From Candidatus Iainarchaeum sp. (lineage in GTDB: Archaea; Iainarchaeota; Iainarchaeia; Iainarchaeales; JAXPJC01): a stretch of DNA of 64,000 nucleotides. A program made the translations under genes and the position numbers. Positions 27,101 through 34,615 of the stretch are shown here, piece by piece. The notes beneath the pieces were generated by a model. That model ran no database searches and was not told the DNA's origin. It was given only the letters and a program-made list of their open reading frames with translations. Numbering within the stretch: the stretch's first letter is position 1; the number at the start of each line of letters is the position of its first letter. Where the stretch lies: contig JACPJC010000006.1 of the NCBI GenBank assembly GCA_016187745.1, positions 64,001 through 128,000 of the forward strand. Reading direction: 5' to 3'.

Positions 27101-28202
27101 CTGATTTTGCTGAAATCAGGAAAGCCTGCGAAACCGCTGCGCTGCCCTTGTTGATTATTCCCAGGTCTATGGAGAATTTTTCATTTACCTTTACACTTGA
27201 GGGCGCAGCAAGCTTGTAGATTGAAATGTCGGGCAAGCCGCCTGTTGGAACGCATGCGCCGTTGCTGCAGCCGCTTGCGCACGCAATTACATCTCCGCCG
27301 GTTTTTCCCTCAGAGGTGCAGTAAAACTCCATAACATTCGCAGTGTCTGTGCAATAGTCTGTCTGGCTCCTATATTCAACATCAAATGTCCCAGTAACGC
27401 TTCCCTTGATTGCAGTATCTTTCCCGCCATCTGTGTCTATGCATGTTGCCGATGGTGTAAAGCAGCTCCCCGAACCCTCGCAATCGGTGGTGCATATATT
27501 CCCTGAGCAGGATGAAGGAAGGCATTTCCTTGTACACGTTGAAGGGCAATTGCTATAGCGGTAGTCCTCACATCTCAACAGACTTGTTAATTTCATCGTT
27601 ATTATTACTGCGCTCCCTGAATTTGCATAAACCTTGAACAATTCTGTTTTTGCTGCGCTGTATTTGCTGCCTGGGTCTTCAGCATAAATGTAATATGTGC
27701 CGGCTGGAACTGAAGAAAACACAGAATAGCCGCTTTCCGTGCTTTGCGTTTTGACTAAAGTAATGGCGGAAGTTAAAGAGCCCGAATCGGAATAAAGCGT
27801 CAGGTTTATTTTTGCCATCAGCTGGCTGCCGTGCTCATCATAAAGCGTTAGGGAAATTTCCCCTGTTTCTATTTCGGGAATGGAAAGGCATGCGCCGGCG
27901 TTGCAGCCGTTCGGGCATTGAAGATTGCGCCCGTAGCAGCTGTTTGAGGAATTGCAGAGCTGCTCCTCAACATATGTGTTGTTTTCAGTGCATGTGTCAT
28001 AAGTCGGCCCGTAAACTACCCCGAGGGAATCAACATACTTGCAGCTTCCCGCAGTGTAAAGGTATTCGCCGCCGTCGGAGTCATTACACGTAACAATGCT
28101 CGCATTGGAATCCGCAGCGCTTGCGAGGTTGCTTAAAAGGAGCGTAAATGCAAATATCAGCACAAATCCCGCGCAAATCCGGGCAATTCTTTTTTCATGC
28201 AT
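24126..28202 (-). CDS. large secreted surface protein (Cys-rich modules, CARDB-like Ig domain, six beta-rich repeats)
   Basis: signal peptide; CNDSDGG and CIDTDGG modules; LPDISI...ADYLNQIPETDESNN; repeats xLGEEFSL/LNSGFNL/LNDKFSL/LNEQFDL; KGWNLISLP. Confidence 0.85.
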   Translation of the reverse strand: MHEKRIARICAGFVLIFAFTLLLSNLASAADSNASIVTCNDSDGGEYLYTAGSCKYVDSLGVVYGPTYDTCTENNTYVEEQLCNSSNSCYGRNLQCPNGCNAGACLSIPEIETGEISLTLYDEHGSQLMAKINLTLYSDSGSLTSAITLVKTQSTESGYSVFSSVPAGTYYIYAEDPGSKYSAAKTELFKVYANSGSAVIITMKLTSLLRCEDYRYSNCPSTCTRKCLPSSCSGNICTTDCEGSGSCFTPSATCIDTDGGKDTAIKGSVTGTFDVEYRSQTDYCTDTANVMEFYCTSEGKTGGDVIACASGCSNGACVPTGGLPDISIYKLAAPSSVKVNEKFSIDLGIINKGSAAVSQAFLISAKSDSGAVQIYDNKFSLYLSHNQSAGTALTGYATKAGTYKITIYADYLNQIPETDESNNSYTFTLQVSEEQKKVVKLGEEFSLNAGEKAYLESDNIEIQLTSVNYPIVKCSYGEKCPGTNPEAQISITQGSIGTSTMLSVGGTANVFGVEIKNTAISADNWASFVITKETTPEEVKARLGEHITLEEKQTARVFSESGEELMKVTVDDIVVYGDVVCVKAPCEAAEYAQLTVSIASGSVHVIRIKLSGYEYVENYKITLSGLWTTVEGRHFSGIMVEKAEKPDLITVSLNSGFNLQLHQTALVKETELKITLEGLDAESGTAAFSVSQANGQTDYIKLNTQRKGLNVQEIFGHEITLTNVGRDSASLIVRRGKERKEVTAYLNDKFSLFVNQTANVYDGQMQEARALNIAMNITLQGLEEILCATEKAEKGKSKEMVRCDSRPVARIMVQLVPSCPKNAMCVQALPQYISLREGEERALGNYSIRLLDIGSGNAVFIVKKSGGEEIITAHLNEQFDLKVEQTAYVVEEGLNIKLHAVKTGSAKISVWKYETIAQPASDAESATASRPPVAIYTITEGETLSLYGLEIKLTKASGNAAAFLVTKGSEAVINVHTNEPFKLSGQQAANVLEANLRIDILQINSSNSQVEFSVSNYLLSAKETGKRLEQETYETTVKKTQVAATSVAITGHAAMQVISMPPMPFETYRLGAGESVDVGDFTIKVIAVGGSSAEFIVTEKNTDLRIKLEIYKGWNLISLPGEIDGESAFDCEVSDWRIFEYNTAENKFEPVTQPSFTRAIWLYNPGKGCSPEGTVRKSFPLEFIAPLEKGWNFIPVFADMLKKKITDFENCEFKAAYFYNANSRKWEKALTREISESDLGKGMAVYAEESCILGEGEIEPPMPDEPEEPENPEPEPNVYACEENDDCISVQGGCCGCSSGGSNIAINKKYSEYWDELLSEKCRNTLCPTVISDDWTCFAPEPKCQASICVLERTNKEG
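27291..27338. repeat. 48-bp exact repeat, second copy
   Basis: identical to 21369-21416. Confidence 0.9.
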
Positions 28203-28370
28203 TTCCTTTTCGCCTGCTTCTTATTTGCTGTATAATTTGCTATATATATTCATTTATTTATAAGCATTGCTGTTTTGGTGTTTCCAGCGTATTTATCATG
28301 CATCTCGCTTTATTTAAGGGTTTGGATTTTGTTAGGCAGGCGGCTAAAATGCCGGTGCTGCCTGCAAATG

Positions 28371-28676
28371 TCAATTTCTTCCTGAATGCATCCTGTGGGA
28401 ATGCGCCCTGTGCCTCGAGAGCCCGCCTATGCGGTGGAAGCCGAACTTCCTATGATGAAACTTATGGGTCATTAATTGTTCCGGGCCTTGCGTTTCGGCA
28501 GGCGCAAGCTCTTCATTTTCCGGGTTATCTTGCAGGTCTGCGGCCTTTTTGTGCGCCCTTAGGGCATACCAAATAAAAAAGGCGATTCCCGCTACGATTA
28601 CCAATATGACTACAACAGCCAGAATGATGCCTGTGAAAAAAAGCCCCGAGGCATCCGCACCCGAGAATGCTGCCAT
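28371..28676 (-). CDS. single-TM protein with His/Arg-rich C-terminus
   Basis: long hydrophobic helix; tail HKFHHRKFGFHR...HRAHSHRMH. Confidence 0.6.
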   Translation of the reverse strand: MAAFSGADASGLFFTGIILAVVVILVIVAGIAFFIWYALRAHKKAADLQDNPENEELAPAETQGPEQLMTHKFHHRKFGFHRIGGLSRHRAHSHRMHSGRN

Positions 28677-28790
28677 AATCTAACTGTAGCTGCTTTCATC
28701 TATATAAAACTTCCTTTGAAATGGAATTGCATATCGGCTTATGCGTTCGTAAGTGTTAAATATCTGTTTGCTGAACATTCTACTGAAAAC

Positions 28791-29393
28791 ATGGGAAAGA
28801 AACTTGGCGCGCTTCTGCTTATTGCCATAATTGCTGTTATTGCGTATTTTGCCTTCGGAAAGGATATTTTCGGGAATATTTTCGGGAATTCATTTGAGGG
28901 CGGGCTTGCGCAAATTGGGGGGGTTGATGGGAAATTCGGGATTGAAGAAAACATGCTGATGCCCGCAAATGCAAATGAAACCGCAAATTACATTTCTGAA
29001 CTGGATTCCTTAAAAGCGCAGTTTGAAAATGCCCCTGAAAGCAGGGAGAAGAGCGCTTTGCTTCTGCTTATTGGAAGCAGGATTTATGCTGCAGATGCGC
29101 AGAAAAGCATGATTGACGGGGTGGAGGCATACAGGCGCATAAGCAAAGTGAAATACGAGTGCGGGGAGGGGGAAACCGCAGGTGTTGCGAAAATAGATTT
29201 CGGTAAGGCTGCTGAAAATGCTGAAAGGGCGCTGAGCCTGCGCGGAACTTTCATTGAGAATTATCCTGATTTTGCTGAAACCGCAGGGATAGGTTCAACC
29301 GATATAAGCGGGCTTGCGCTTAAGGCTATTGCGGAAAGCGCGGGGGAACTTGTTAAAAATATTGAGGCATACTGTAGCATACAGAATGCATGA
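28791..29393 (+). CDS. hypothetical membrane-anchored helical protein
   Basis: MGKKLGALLLIAIIAVIAYFAF anchor; overlaps the bud32 start. Confidence 0.7.
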   Translation: MGKKLGALLLIAIIAVIAYFAFGKDIFGNIFGNSFEGGLAQIGGVDGKFGIEENMLMPANANETANYISELDSLKAQFENAPESREKSALLLLIGSRIYAADAQKSMIDGVEAYRRISKVKYECGEGETAGVAKIDFGKAAENAERALSLRGTFIENYPDFAETAGIGSTDISGLALKAIAESAGELVKNIEAYCSIQNA

Positions 29394-30000
29394 GAAAATT
29401 CTTTTGCGGCAGGGCGCTGAGGCAAACCTTTACAAATCTGAATACTTGGGAAAGGAAGCGCTCATAAAGGAAAGGATTCCGAAGGATTACAGGAACGCGG
29501 AGCTTGATTCTGAAATAAGGAAAAGGCGCACTAAGGAGGAGGCGCAGCTCCTGTACAATGCGAAGGCGCTCGGGGTAAGAACCCCTTTAATATATAAGAT
29601 TGATTTGAGCGGAGCGACTATAATAATGGAATTTATTGAGGGAAAAAGAATGAAGGATGCGCTTAACGGGAAGAACCTGAATTTATGCAAATTGCTGGGA
29701 AATAAAATCGGGATTCTGCATTCAAACGGGATTGTGCACGGGGATTTAACTACAAGCAATATTATTATACATAACAATGCGCCGGTTTTCATTGATTTCG
29801 GCTTGGGATTCCATTCGCGCAAGACTGAGGACTTTGCAGTGGATTTGCTGAATTTCAGGAAAACATACAATGCGACGCACTACAAACTGGGGAAGGGATG
29901 GAATTTAATCGTGAGGGGCTATATTGAACGGAGAGGAAACGCAGGAAAAGAAGTTGTGGGGAGGATTCCAAAAATTGAGGAGAGGGGTAGGTATTTATAG
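29386..30000 (+). CDS. bud32: KEOPS kinase Bud32
   Basis: QGAEA, KERIPKDYR, RRTKEEA, IVHGDLTTSN, FIDFGLG, EDFAVDL, IEERGRY. Confidence 0.95.
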   Translation: MHEKILLRQGAEANLYKSEYLGKEALIKERIPKDYRNAELDSEIRKRRTKEEAQLLYNAKALGVRTPLIYKIDLSGATIIMEFIEGKRMKDALNGKNLNLCKLLGNKIGILHSNGIVHGDLTTSNIIIHNNAPVFIDFGLGFHSRKTEDFAVDLLNFRKTYNATHYKLGKGWNLIVRGYIERRGNAGKEVVGRIPKIEERGRYL

Positions 30001-30028
30001 AAGTAATTTGCATATATGTGTGAAAAAT

Positions 30029-31705
30029 ATGGACAAGCCGGCGCTTTTAATTGTTTTAATAATGCTCATTGCCGCGCTGGTTCTGCTGAGCGGCTGCGTT
30101 ACATATGACAAATGCGATTTGAACAAGGACGGGAAGGTAAGCGAGATTGAAAAGCAGGACTGCGCCCGGGGGGACGGAAACACCAGCAGAAAGTGCGGGG
30201 ACGGAGTATGCGGGCCTGTTGAGAAGCAGAAGGGAACATGCCCGCAGGACTGCGAACAGGACGGCAATAACGGCGGTAGCGTGGGCAAATGCGGGGACGG
30301 GATTTGCGGGGCAATGGAAGAGCAGAAGGGAACATGCCCGGAAGATTGCAATAACGGCCAGCCCGACCAGAATATTTCGCCAAGGGAAAAGGAAAGGGCG
30401 TCAATATCGGTAGATTTTTCTTCGGACAATGGAAGAATCAGCGATTACCTTTTCGGCACTATTGCGGGCCCGATATTTGATGAAAGGGCGTTTCCACTTC
30501 TTCAGGAGGCCGGCTTCAGGCTTGTTGAGATAAGGGTGAATATTGCAATGCCTGAAAACCCCGGAGACATTTCAGGTTATGATTTCTCCCAGCTGGACAG
30601 CCAGGTAAATTCAACAATTTCAATAGGCGCTACACCAATTATTTGGTTCATTCAGGAATCAAAGCCTGATCTGGAGAATTACAAGGCCTATGTGGAAACA
30701 GTTGTTTCGCATGCAAAAGGGCTGAGCCGGGATGTGAAGCTTTTCAGGTTCGGAAACGAGCCTGATGGCGGGATGTATTGGAAGGGAACTGAGCAGGATT
30801 ATTTCGAAACATATGCCGCATTTGCGGAGGCAGTAAAGTCTGTTGACAATTCAAACATCCTTATCGCGCCTTCGGTTATGCATGCCTGCGAGGCGGATTG
30901 CCCCGGCATTCTGGATTTTTCGCGGAATTTCCTTGATTACCTGAAAGAGAACAATGTGAAGCTTGATTATTTCACTTTTCATGCCTATTCCTATGTCCCC
31001 TATTCAAGGTTCTATCTCCAGCCGTCAAAAATTTCTGAACTCCTGAAAAGCTATCCTGTTTCCGATGTTTATGGGGCCCCGAGGCTCGGCAATGATGAGT
31101 GGAACCTGATGGTCGGGGACACATGGTCTGGAAAATACAATTCTGTTTTTGACACTGCGGAGGTTGCCGCAAGCAACATAAACAGCCTGATAAGCATGGC
31201 AAATGCGGGAGTTTCGCTTTCAGTGAGGTATGGCGGCGCCTCAAACAGCGGGGGGCATGATTTCCCTTTAACAGATAAAAATTACAAAGGAAAGCCCTCA
31301 TTTTATGCGTTTAAGGGGTTCGGCATGCTCTATGGCCATTATCTTTTGGACAGCACCGGCGGGGACAGCTTCAATCTGGGCGTTATTGCAGGGAAGTCAG
31401 ATGATGAGTTAATCATAATAATATCAAATTTTGACATAGAGGATTATATCAACAAGCATCAGCCGAAGAAACGCGACGAATATGAGAATTATTCATCGCA
31501 AATCAGGGCCTATGACGGCTATTTGCTGGCAATAACCGGCATCCCCTGGGCAGGAAGCCTTGCTTTTGAGAGATATCTGGTTGATGATTCGCACAAACTT
31601 GAGCTTGTTGAAAGCAGGACGATTAATGCTGCAGCCGCGCTGGCATTTGAGAACCCCATATCCGCCCCCTCGCTCCAAATAATAAAGATTAGCAGGCAAG
31701 CCTAA
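30029..31705 (+). CDS. lipoprotein glycoside hydrolase, clan GH-A (GH39-like), with Cys-rich repeats
   Basis: lipobox LLSGC; two CGDGxC...CPxDC repeats; YDFSQLD, FGNEPD (acid/base), LDYFTFHAY, NDEWN (nucleophile), KPSFYAF. Confidence 0.8.
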   Translation: MDKPALLIVLIMLIAALVLLSGCVTYDKCDLNKDGKVSEIEKQDCARGDGNTSRKCGDGVCGPVEKQKGTCPQDCEQDGNNGGSVGKCGDGICGAMEEQKGTCPEDCNNGQPDQNISPREKERASISVDFSSDNGRISDYLFGTIAGPIFDERAFPLLQEAGFRLVEIRVNIAMPENPGDISGYDFSQLDSQVNSTISIGATPIIWFIQESKPDLENYKAYVETVVSHAKGLSRDVKLFRFGNEPDGGMYWKGTEQDYFETYAAFAEAVKSVDNSNILIAPSVMHACEADCPGILDFSRNFLDYLKENNVKLDYFTFHAYSYVPYSRFYLQPSKISELLKSYPVSDVYGAPRLGNDEWNLMVGDTWSGKYNSVFDTAEVAASNINSLISMANAGVSLSVRYGGASNSGGHDFPLTDKNYKGKPSFYAFKGFGMLYGHYLLDSTGGDSFNLGVIAGKSDDELIIIISNFDIEDYINKHQPKKRDEYENYSSQIRAYDGYLLAITGIPWAGSLAFERYLVDDSHKLELVESRTINAAAALAFENPISAPSLQIIKISRQA

Positions 31706-31819
31706 CCTATATAAACCTTTTTGCGCAAGGGTTATTATAAGCAAATTTTATATTTTGCTTTTTTGTTTCGGCATGAGCAAAAAGGCGTTGTTGCGCATTG
31801 CACAATTGTGGTGAAATCT

Positions 31820-32488
31820 TTGGCTAAAAAGAAGGAACTCATTGAGGAGAAGGCTGAAAAGAAGAGCGGAGCAAAGGGCGCGAAGAAAGAGGAAAGGGCC
31901 CATGAAAAGCCGAAAAAAGCGGAAAAGCCGGAGCCAAAGGCGAAAGTCAGGGCTGTGCCGAAAACAGAGGCGCAGGAGAAGAGGGATGCGCTTAAGAGGG
32001 AGCTTGAGGAGCGCGGCATAAGGGTGAAGGAAATTGCGGCCGAGGCTCTGGAGAAAGGGAAATTTTCCAGCGAAAGGAAAACCTCTGAGAGAAAGGCGCC
32101 GGAATGGGTCGAATACAAGCCAAGGCAGATTGAGCAGCTTATTGTGCAGATGGCTAATTCCGGGCACACGGGCTCTGAAATAGGGATGCTTCTTAGGGAT
32201 CAGTACGGAATCCCGAATGTTGAAACTGTAACAAAGAAAAGCATGCTTAAGATGCTGCAGGAAAACAATATTGCCCCGAAGATGCCTGAGGATCTGATGA
32301 ATCTTATAAAGAAATCACTCAAGCTGCACAAGCACATGCAGCTTAACAGGAAGGACATGTCAGCAAAGCACGGGTATGTGCTTACGGTTTCAAAGATAAG
32401 AAAGCTTTCAAATTACTACCAGAGGATGGGAAGGCTTGCGAAGGACTGGCGCTACAGCACAGAGGAAGCTGAGCTGCTGATGAAGTGA
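31820..32488 (+). CDS. rps15: 30S ribosomal protein S15 (uS15) with K/E-rich N-terminal extension
   Basis: APEWV, SEIGMLLRDQYGIPNV, PEDLMNLIKK, SKIRKLSNYY; TTG start after a GGTGA SD. Confidence 0.93.
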   Translation: MAKKKELIEEKAEKKSGAKGAKKEERAHEKPKKAEKPEPKAKVRAVPKTEAQEKRDALKRELEERGIRVKEIAAEALEKGKFSSERKTSERKAPEWVEYKPRQIEQLIVQMANSGHTGSEIGMLLRDQYGIPNVETVTKKSMLKMLQENNIAPKMPEDLMNLIKKSLKLHKHMQLNRKDMSAKHGYVLTVSKIRKLSNYYQRMGRLAKDWRYSTEEAELLMK

Positions 32489-32500
32489 TGAGGGAAAAAA

Positions 32501-33145
32501 ATGGCTGTTGAAACAAAGGAAAAGCAGAGCTCGCAGCAGCTGGTGCTGGAGCAGAGGAAGGCGGCAGACAAGTGGAAGAGGAAGAAATGGTTTGAGGTTC
32601 TTGCCTCCGAGCAGTTTGACAACAGGCAGATAGCAAGCACGCCTGCTGAAAAGCCAGAGCTGCTTTTCGGGAGAACAGTCCTTGTTAACGCAGCAGACCT
32701 CTCGGGGCAGGGGAAAAAGGCGCATATTTCGCTCAAGTTCAGCATTGCGGATGTGAAGGGGAACAAGGCATATGCGAAGGCGATGGGGCATGAGGTAAAT
32801 GGCGGATATGTAAGAAGACTTATGCGCAGGCACATAAGCAAGATTGAAAGCACCCAGTACTTAACAGCGAAGGACGGGAAGAAGCTGAAGGTCAAAACGC
32901 TTACAATAAGCGCTAGGAAGCTGAACAGGGGCCAGGAGACCGCGATAAGGAAGATAATGGAATCCGAAATTGCGGAGATATGCAAGGCGTATGATGCCGA
33001 CAAATTAATACATGATTTTGTGTTTGCAAACATTGCGCAGGGAATTTATTCAAAAGAGAAGAAGATTGCCAACATAAAGAAAGTTGAGATTGTGCAGTCA
33101 AGGCTTATTGAAAAATCTTCTGCGGCAAGTGAAAAAAATGTATGA
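32501..33145 (+). CDS. rps3ae: 30S ribosomal protein S3Ae (eS1)
   Basis: DKWKRKKWFEVLA, LFGRTV, YVRRLMRRHISKI. Confidence 0.93.
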   Translation: MAVETKEKQSSQQLVLEQRKAADKWKRKKWFEVLASEQFDNRQIASTPAEKPELLFGRTVLVNAADLSGQGKKAHISLKFSIADVKGNKAYAKAMGHEVNGGYVRRLMRRHISKIESTQYLTAKDGKKLKVKTLTISARKLNRGQETAIRKIMESEIAEICKAYDADKLIHDFVFANIAQGIYSKEKKIANIKKVEIVQSRLIEKSSAASEKNV

Positions 33146-33806
33146 ACTTCTTCCTGCTGTAATTGCAATACTGGTTTTTTTCTCCATACTCTCATACAGG
33201 CTCAGGGCGCTTGATTTTTTCGGGGTGGTTGTGGGCTTTGCCGTCGGATTGCTCGTGTTCCTGCTTTCGGGGATTGTGCAGTTCGCTGCAATGCTGCTGT
33301 TTTTTGTTGTCGCTGAGTTCTGCACGCGCTGCGCGAACCTCTACAAGGCGAAAAGGCACTCTGTGAGGACTGCAAGCAATATCCTTGGGAATTCGCTTGC
33401 GGCAGTAATTGCGCTTGCTGTTGGAAGCAATATCGCGTATTTCGGGGCTGTTGCCGCAGCGCTCGCGGATACAATATCAAGCGAACTAGGGATTGCCCTT
33501 GGGCAGAAGCCGAGGCTTGTAACAAACCTTAGGAAGGTCGCTATCGGAACCAACGGGGCTGTTAGCTTATATGGGCTGGTTGTTAGTGCAATGGGCGCAT
33601 TGGTTATTGCGCTTGTTTATTTCCTCGCCTTTGGAAACGCGAAGGCAATAGTGTTCATTGCTGCGGCTGGATTTTTGGGCGGGGTTGCAGACAGCTTTGC
33701 AGGCGCAGTTCTTGAGAGAAAAGGGCTTATAAACAATGCAACAGTCAATTTTATCGGAAGCGCAACGGGCGCGGTAATTGCATATTTGTTGTTTGCATTT
33801 GCCTGA
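33138..33806 (+). CDS. DUF92/TMEM19-family membrane protein
   Basis: RTASNILGNS, AAALADTISSELG, GTNGAVSLYG, DSFAGAVLE, NATVNF. Confidence 0.88.
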   Translation: MYELLPAVIAILVFFSILSYRLRALDFFGVVVGFAVGLLVFLLSGIVQFAAMLLFFVVAEFCTRCANLYKAKRHSVRTASNILGNSLAAVIALAVGSNIAYFGAVAAALADTISSELGIALGQKPRLVTNLRKVAIGTNGAVSLYGLVVSAMGALVIALVYFLAFGNAKAIVFIAAAGFLGGVADSFAGAVLERKGLINNATVNFIGSATGAVIAYLLFAFA

Positions 33807-33863
33807 TTTTTTTATTATTTGCCAACCGATACAATTAAATTATTTAAATGCCAATCTAATACT

Positions 33864-33989
33864 ATGCCAAACAGGCCTGTTGTTCCCGGCAGACCACCGA
33901 AGCGAGAGAGAAAGAGGCTGAAGAAACTATACAAAGCCTTGTTTAATTCCGGGCCACCTGGAAAATTAGTGGAACTAAAACGGCAATAA
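33864..33989 (+). CDS. putative 41-aa basic microprotein (not in the ORF track)
   Basis: MPNRPVVPGRPPKRERKRLKKLYKALFNSGPPGKLVELKRQ*; TTTAAAT about 20 bp upstream. Confidence 0.4.
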   Translation: MPNRPVVPGRPPKRERKRLKKLYKALFNSGPPGKLVELKRQ

Positions 33990-34018
33990 GCGGCTTTGCG
34001 CGGTTAAGGTGATGCCAT

Positions 34019-34531
34019 TTGGAATTATTGATTATCAGAATTCTGCTTTATCTTTTGCCGATGTACATAGCAAACAGCAGCGCAATGCTTTTCGGGTTTG
34101 GGAGGCGCCTGGATGCGGGAAAAAACTTCACTGACGGGCGGGCGCTTCTGGGGAAGGGGAAAACTATTTCTGGAACGTGCGCGGGAATTTTCTTCGGCAC
34201 CCTTACAGCATTCACAATTTACATTATTTTTCCTGAGGTGAATTCCGCAATCAGCGCGAATTACATCGTGTTCGGGTTTTTGCTCTCGCTTGGCGCAATC
34301 TTCGGGGATATTGCGGAAAGCTTTTTGAAAAGGAGAATTGGAAGGGAGAGCGGGGCTGCGCTCCCAATCCTTGACCAGCTGGATTTTGCTATCGGGGGAA
34401 TTGTTTTTACGCTTGCTCTTTATGTGCCGGGCGCAATTGAAATTGCGGCAATTCTGGGCATTACGCTGATAATACATGTTGCGCTGAACGGCGCGGCTTA
34501 TCTGATTGGAGTCAAAAAAGTCCCTTGGTAA
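34019..34531 (+). CDS. carS: CDP-archaeol synthase
   Basis: LPMYIANSSA, DGRALLGKGKTISG, GDIAESFLKRRIG, LDQLDF, IGVKKVPW. Confidence 0.93.
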   Translation: MELLIIRILLYLLPMYIANSSAMLFGFGRRLDAGKNFTDGRALLGKGKTISGTCAGIFFGTLTAFTIYIIFPEVNSAISANYIVFGFLLSLGAIFGDIAESFLKRRIGRESGAALPILDQLDFAIGGIVFTLALYVPGAIEIAAILGITLIIHVALNGAAYLIGVKKVPW

Positions 34532-34532
34532 A

Positions 34533-34615
34533 CTTGGGGTTAATTAAAACATCAAGCACATAACGTTTGCAAGCCAAGCGTGCTTGATGTTTTATAAGGG
34601 CATTATGCCCTTATT
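34533..34615 (-). repeat. palindromic repeat family B copy 2, interrupted by a 50-bp inverted-repeat element (34545-34594)
   Basis: CTTGGGGTTAAT-[TAAAACATCAAGCAC...GTGCTTGATGTTTTA]-TAAGGGCATTATGCCCTTATT; lies between convergent carS and secD. Confidence 0.75.

Noticed and set aside
21330-27445. Diversity-generating retroelement TR/VR pair in the duplicated Cys module
   Set aside because: Mismatches are not confined to adenines of either copy, both copies are coding, and no reverse transcriptase is present in the window.
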